NCBI RefSeq assembly: GCF_009914755.1
Contig: NC_060926.1
DNA: 64,000 nucleotides
Origin: the human T2T-CHM13v2.0 reference genome, Homo sapiens
Strand: one strand, 5' to 3'
Positions within the stretch are counted from its first letter, which is position 1. Each line of letters opens with the position of its first letter. Below are positions 60,023 to 64,000 of the stretch, in pieces. Position numbers and translations under genes: made by a program. The notes below the pieces were generated by a model. It saw only the letters and a list, made by a program, of their open reading frames with translations, made no database searches and was not told where the DNA came from.

Positions 60023-60551
60023 AATATGTAAAAAGTAGACGAACATGTAATTCAATGGTGAGAAATAAAGTTGAATAATGTGAAGACAAATTCATTGTTT
60101 AACATCGTAAAAAAGTACATGCATTTGTCTCTTCGGCCCCCAAACCTCTCACTCAAAATGTATAAACACACACAAACAACGAGAATAGGACAATAGTTAA
60201 AAGTAGACTAGAGAGTTAAACAAATTAATTAGGGATTGAAAGTGAACTAAATGAGCTGAATCTGTCTTAGCAAAGCAGGGATTGCTAACACCTTAAAGAT
60301 CTTTGAAATGAATACCAAAGAGAGATAAACTGATTTCTACCCACAGAATTCCAGAAAGTCTCAGATACTAGAGGCACCAAGTATCATGGAAGTAGAGTGA
60401 GGTGAGGGGCTGAAAACAGGGGGATTGTTTGAAAATCTGTTGAAAATAAAATGCCGTTGTACAATCCAAGTACCACACTTCTCTACCCGACGTGCATTGA
60501 ACTACCAGATGATAAAGCCTCTCTCTACCTTCAGTTGAAACAGGAGAAGTA

Positions 60552-60630
60552 TTGGTTGGTGCAAAAGTAATTGTGGTTTTTGCCATTACTTTCAATGGCA
60601 AAAACCGAAATTACTTTTGCGCCAACTGAA
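60552..60630. mobile_element. MADE1 (Hsmar1-derived mariner MITE), miR-548-type hairpin
   Basis: ~80-bp palindrome ttggttggtgcaaaagtaattgtggtttttgccatt-actttc-aatggcaaaaaccgaaattacttttgcgccaactgaa, flanked by TA at 60550-60551 and 60631-60632. Confidence 0.93.
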
Positions 60631-61934
60631 TATTATCTACAAAAGTTTCACTGGAAAATCCCAAGACTCAGAAACACCAGACAAGCGGAGATCAAGTATA
60701 AGACACTGCTCTGGTAATGGGAGGAATAAATGAGAATCTACACACACAATTTGAAAACTCTATGTCTCTTTGTTATACTCAGCTCCAAGCATGTCGGCAG
60801 AGATGGACAGAATAGAATACTCACCGGGCAAAAGATGAGAGTATTCTATTCTAGAGAAACTGATTACCTCTAGATAACAAGCCTACAGATAATGACATTT
60901 GTGGGTTTTGGAATAATTTTTTTGTGTTTTTACACAATTGTATTGCTATTAAGTTCACCAATCAATAAGTCACATCAATGTATACATAGCTTCTAATCAT
61001 CTTCTTAATCACTTACTCTTAAATTTGATAGTTATCAAGAATAACCAAATAATTAAGGAATGTCTAGAACATGAAAGAGAAGGAACAAACAAAGGCATTT
61101 TCATAGGAAACAGAAACAAGGCAGGCAACAGAAGAAAATGTTTTGGAAAATCCTCTAAGTAATTATTTCAAAGTAGGATATGAGGCTGCATCCAAGAAAT
61201 AAGAAAATAACTCAAAAACAATGCATCAGAAAATGAAAAACATGATACCCAAACTGAAAATTTTAATAGGAGGTTTGGAAAATAAATTCAAAAAAATCTC
61301 CAAAACTGTTGAATAAAAAAAAAAACCTGTGAACAATACATGAGAAAAGAATTATAGAATTAAACTAAGAAGGCTAACATATGGCTAAAATTAGTTCCAG
61401 AAAGAACAGAAAACTGAAAGGGCAGAAATTATCAAAGAAATGATATATAACCACAAGACTGTCTTCCAGAACTAAAGAATATCAGTTCTCAAGTCGAAAT
61501 AGGCCATGTGGGGGTCTGGGGGGAAAGGTGATGTACTTTGTAATTTCAGAATGCTGGAGGTAAGAAAAGTTAATGAAAGCCAGGTCCCAAAGAACTGATA
61601 CAGCTTCAGAGATTGGCAAGCACGTTGACTGTTGATTTAAGGCTACTCTCATTTTAACTCTTGAACAAACCAATAAACAAGCAGTGCAAAGGTATATAGA
61701 AGACAAGGACACAAGTAAACAAACATTGCTCCACATGGCTTCCCTGGCTCTTCACAGAGGTACATTACAAGTTATGTGGTCAAGATGGCCTACAGGGACT
61801 AAGGAGTAATCTGGTGAGATGAGCTCAGAAGTATAGCCTCATTGATGCTGCAATATTGGGCTAAGATAGAGCCATATGAGCACTCAAGAGTCCATAATTA
61901 GTAATTTAAACCATATGAAGGAAGTCTTGCTATG

Positions 61935-62233
<299 letters not shown>

Positions 62234-63722
62234 CATCTTACTATGTCATAATCCTACAATTATCTATTCTGTTTCCTGTTCCTCACTAGGCTAACATCTG
62301 TTCTGACCACATCCTTCCAAACCAATAAAGGCACAGGAACCAGCACGGCATCAGACATCTCAAAAACAATCTTGGGAAAAAAGGGGATTAAAGACAAACC
62401 TTCAATCTCCAAGGGAGATTGATTTCTGAGCTAGAATTCTGTAACAATCCTGACAGATAATAAAGTGTAAGGGTAAAATAAAGACATTTTTACGCATGTA
62501 GGCTCTCAAAAATTGTTTAATTTCTGTGAACCCTTTCTCAGGAAGCTAGAGGATGTATTCCACCAAGAAAATAAACGTTTTAGGATCTAAGGAGCAGGGG
62601 TTAGTACATAGCAAAACCAAAGAGATTTTCCAGGAAATGGTGAGGAATATCCTCAGGACAATAGTTGTACATACATCTGAGTGCAGGAACAGAAAGATAT
62701 GGGAATAAAACAGAACTGATTGAATGCTTAACTAATCTTGCCTTGTAGAAAACAATATAACTTAAAATATTTAAAAATGTATTTTTAATTTCAGAAAAAG
62801 TAAAAGAAAGTACAACAAATGTAGTGTATGCATATTATATTATTTTGCTAAGCTCTCAGTATTATCGATATAGCTATAATATTATAAACATTATTGGGAT
62901 AATGGGCAAGATATATAATATGTAAGGGCCAAATTCTTATCTTCTAAAATATGCATTAATCCTTTCATCCTGCCATATCATTTCTAGGAATATTTCCCAA
63001 AAGAAAATTGTTAAATTTTTAATAACTTATGGCCAAGGTTATTCACTTTGATATTATTTATAATAGCAAAAAGTGGATATGATTTGATGAATTTAATGGA
63101 CAACTGACTCAGTAAACTATGGTACATTCCCACAATAAAATATAATGCAGTTATAGAAAAGGAATAAGGAAGATCTTTGTATATCAAGTGATCTCTTAGA
63201 TATACTGTTAAATGGCAAAAGTCAAAATATACAATTGTGACTAATAAATGCAGAGCAAATAACTGAACTACTAAATCGCTACTTTGTAATTCCTAAAGAA
63301 ATTTTTAAATCAAGTTAAAATCATCATCACATGAAACTGTTAGAAAAAGGTTTTAAATGGAATTTTAAAGTAGAGACATTAGGTTGTCATCCCCTGAATC
63401 CAAATTTTAGTCATAACATCTACTGAGAATAGGAGGACCAAACATTATCCAGACCTGATGTTCTTCTGGAGGTCTGACAGGAAATCTTAAGTCATCATCT
63501 TACATTCGATTTTTTTTAACTCTTCTTATTTATCTTAACAAATGCCTATAATTGGTACATTCTACTCCATAACATATGCACTTATTGCACTTATTTTGAT
63601 ACAACACTATCAATGTTTTAATTATATGCCACTGAGCAAAATTGATGCTCTAGAAATATGTACCTTATATCTTCTGTAGTTTCATGTAGTTTCCTCCTTT
63701 CTTGCTTAAAGATTTTCACCAT

Positions 63723-63728
<6 letters not shown>

Positions 63729-63794
<66 letters not shown>
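63729..63794. repeat. Compound microsatellite (TG)16(AG)17
   Basis: Read directly: TG repeats at 63729-63760, AG repeats at 63761-63794. Confidence 0.98.
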
Positions 63795-63795
<1 letters not shown>

Positions 63796-63815
63796 CAACA
63801 TTTTCACAAAGTTTG

Positions 63816-63957
63816 GTGGTTAAGGCAGAAGAATCGCTTGAACCTGGGAGGCGGAGGTTTCAGTGAACCAAGATCATGTCACTGCACTCCAGCCTGGGCG
63901 ACAGAGTGAGACTCCATCTCAAAAATAAAATAAAATAAAATAAAATAAAATAAATAA
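63816..63957 (+). mobile_element. 5'-truncated Alu (right arm) with (TAAAA)n tail
   Basis: aggcagaagaatcgcttgaacctgggaggcggagg..gggcgacagagtgagactccatctc followed by pentamer repeats. Confidence 0.9.
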
Positions 63958-64000
63958 AGATAGAAAAAAGAAAAAAATTAAAAGAATGTCTAAGATGATA

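Overview
This is human (hominid) non-coding genomic DNA, AT-rich and dominated by interspersed repeats. The species call rests on a near-consensus AluYb8. I find no supportable host protein-coding gene: every recognisable ORF is LINE-1 ORF1/ORF2/ORF0 debris or Alu/LTR read-through. Main elements are an internally deleted older L1PA (+, 1-2365), a young AluYb8 with a perfect TSD (-, 28491-28792), a full-length but dead L1PA4-6-type element (-, 29047-35147), a nested MaLR/ERVL LTR cluster (38.5-41.9 kb) and a MADE1 hairpin (60552-60630). The most unusual structure is a ~970-bp retrotransposed insert (23844-24810) splitting a MER5 element. It has a 10-bp TSD, a 15-nt poly(A) with AATAAA, ~900 bp of non-L1 cargo and only a 58-bp inverted young-L1 ORF2 fragment at its 5' end, consistent with a near-orphan L1 3' transduction formed by twin priming. 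I cannot support a wholly new biological system. Subfamily names come from recalled consensus sequences and boundaries of old repeats are approximate.
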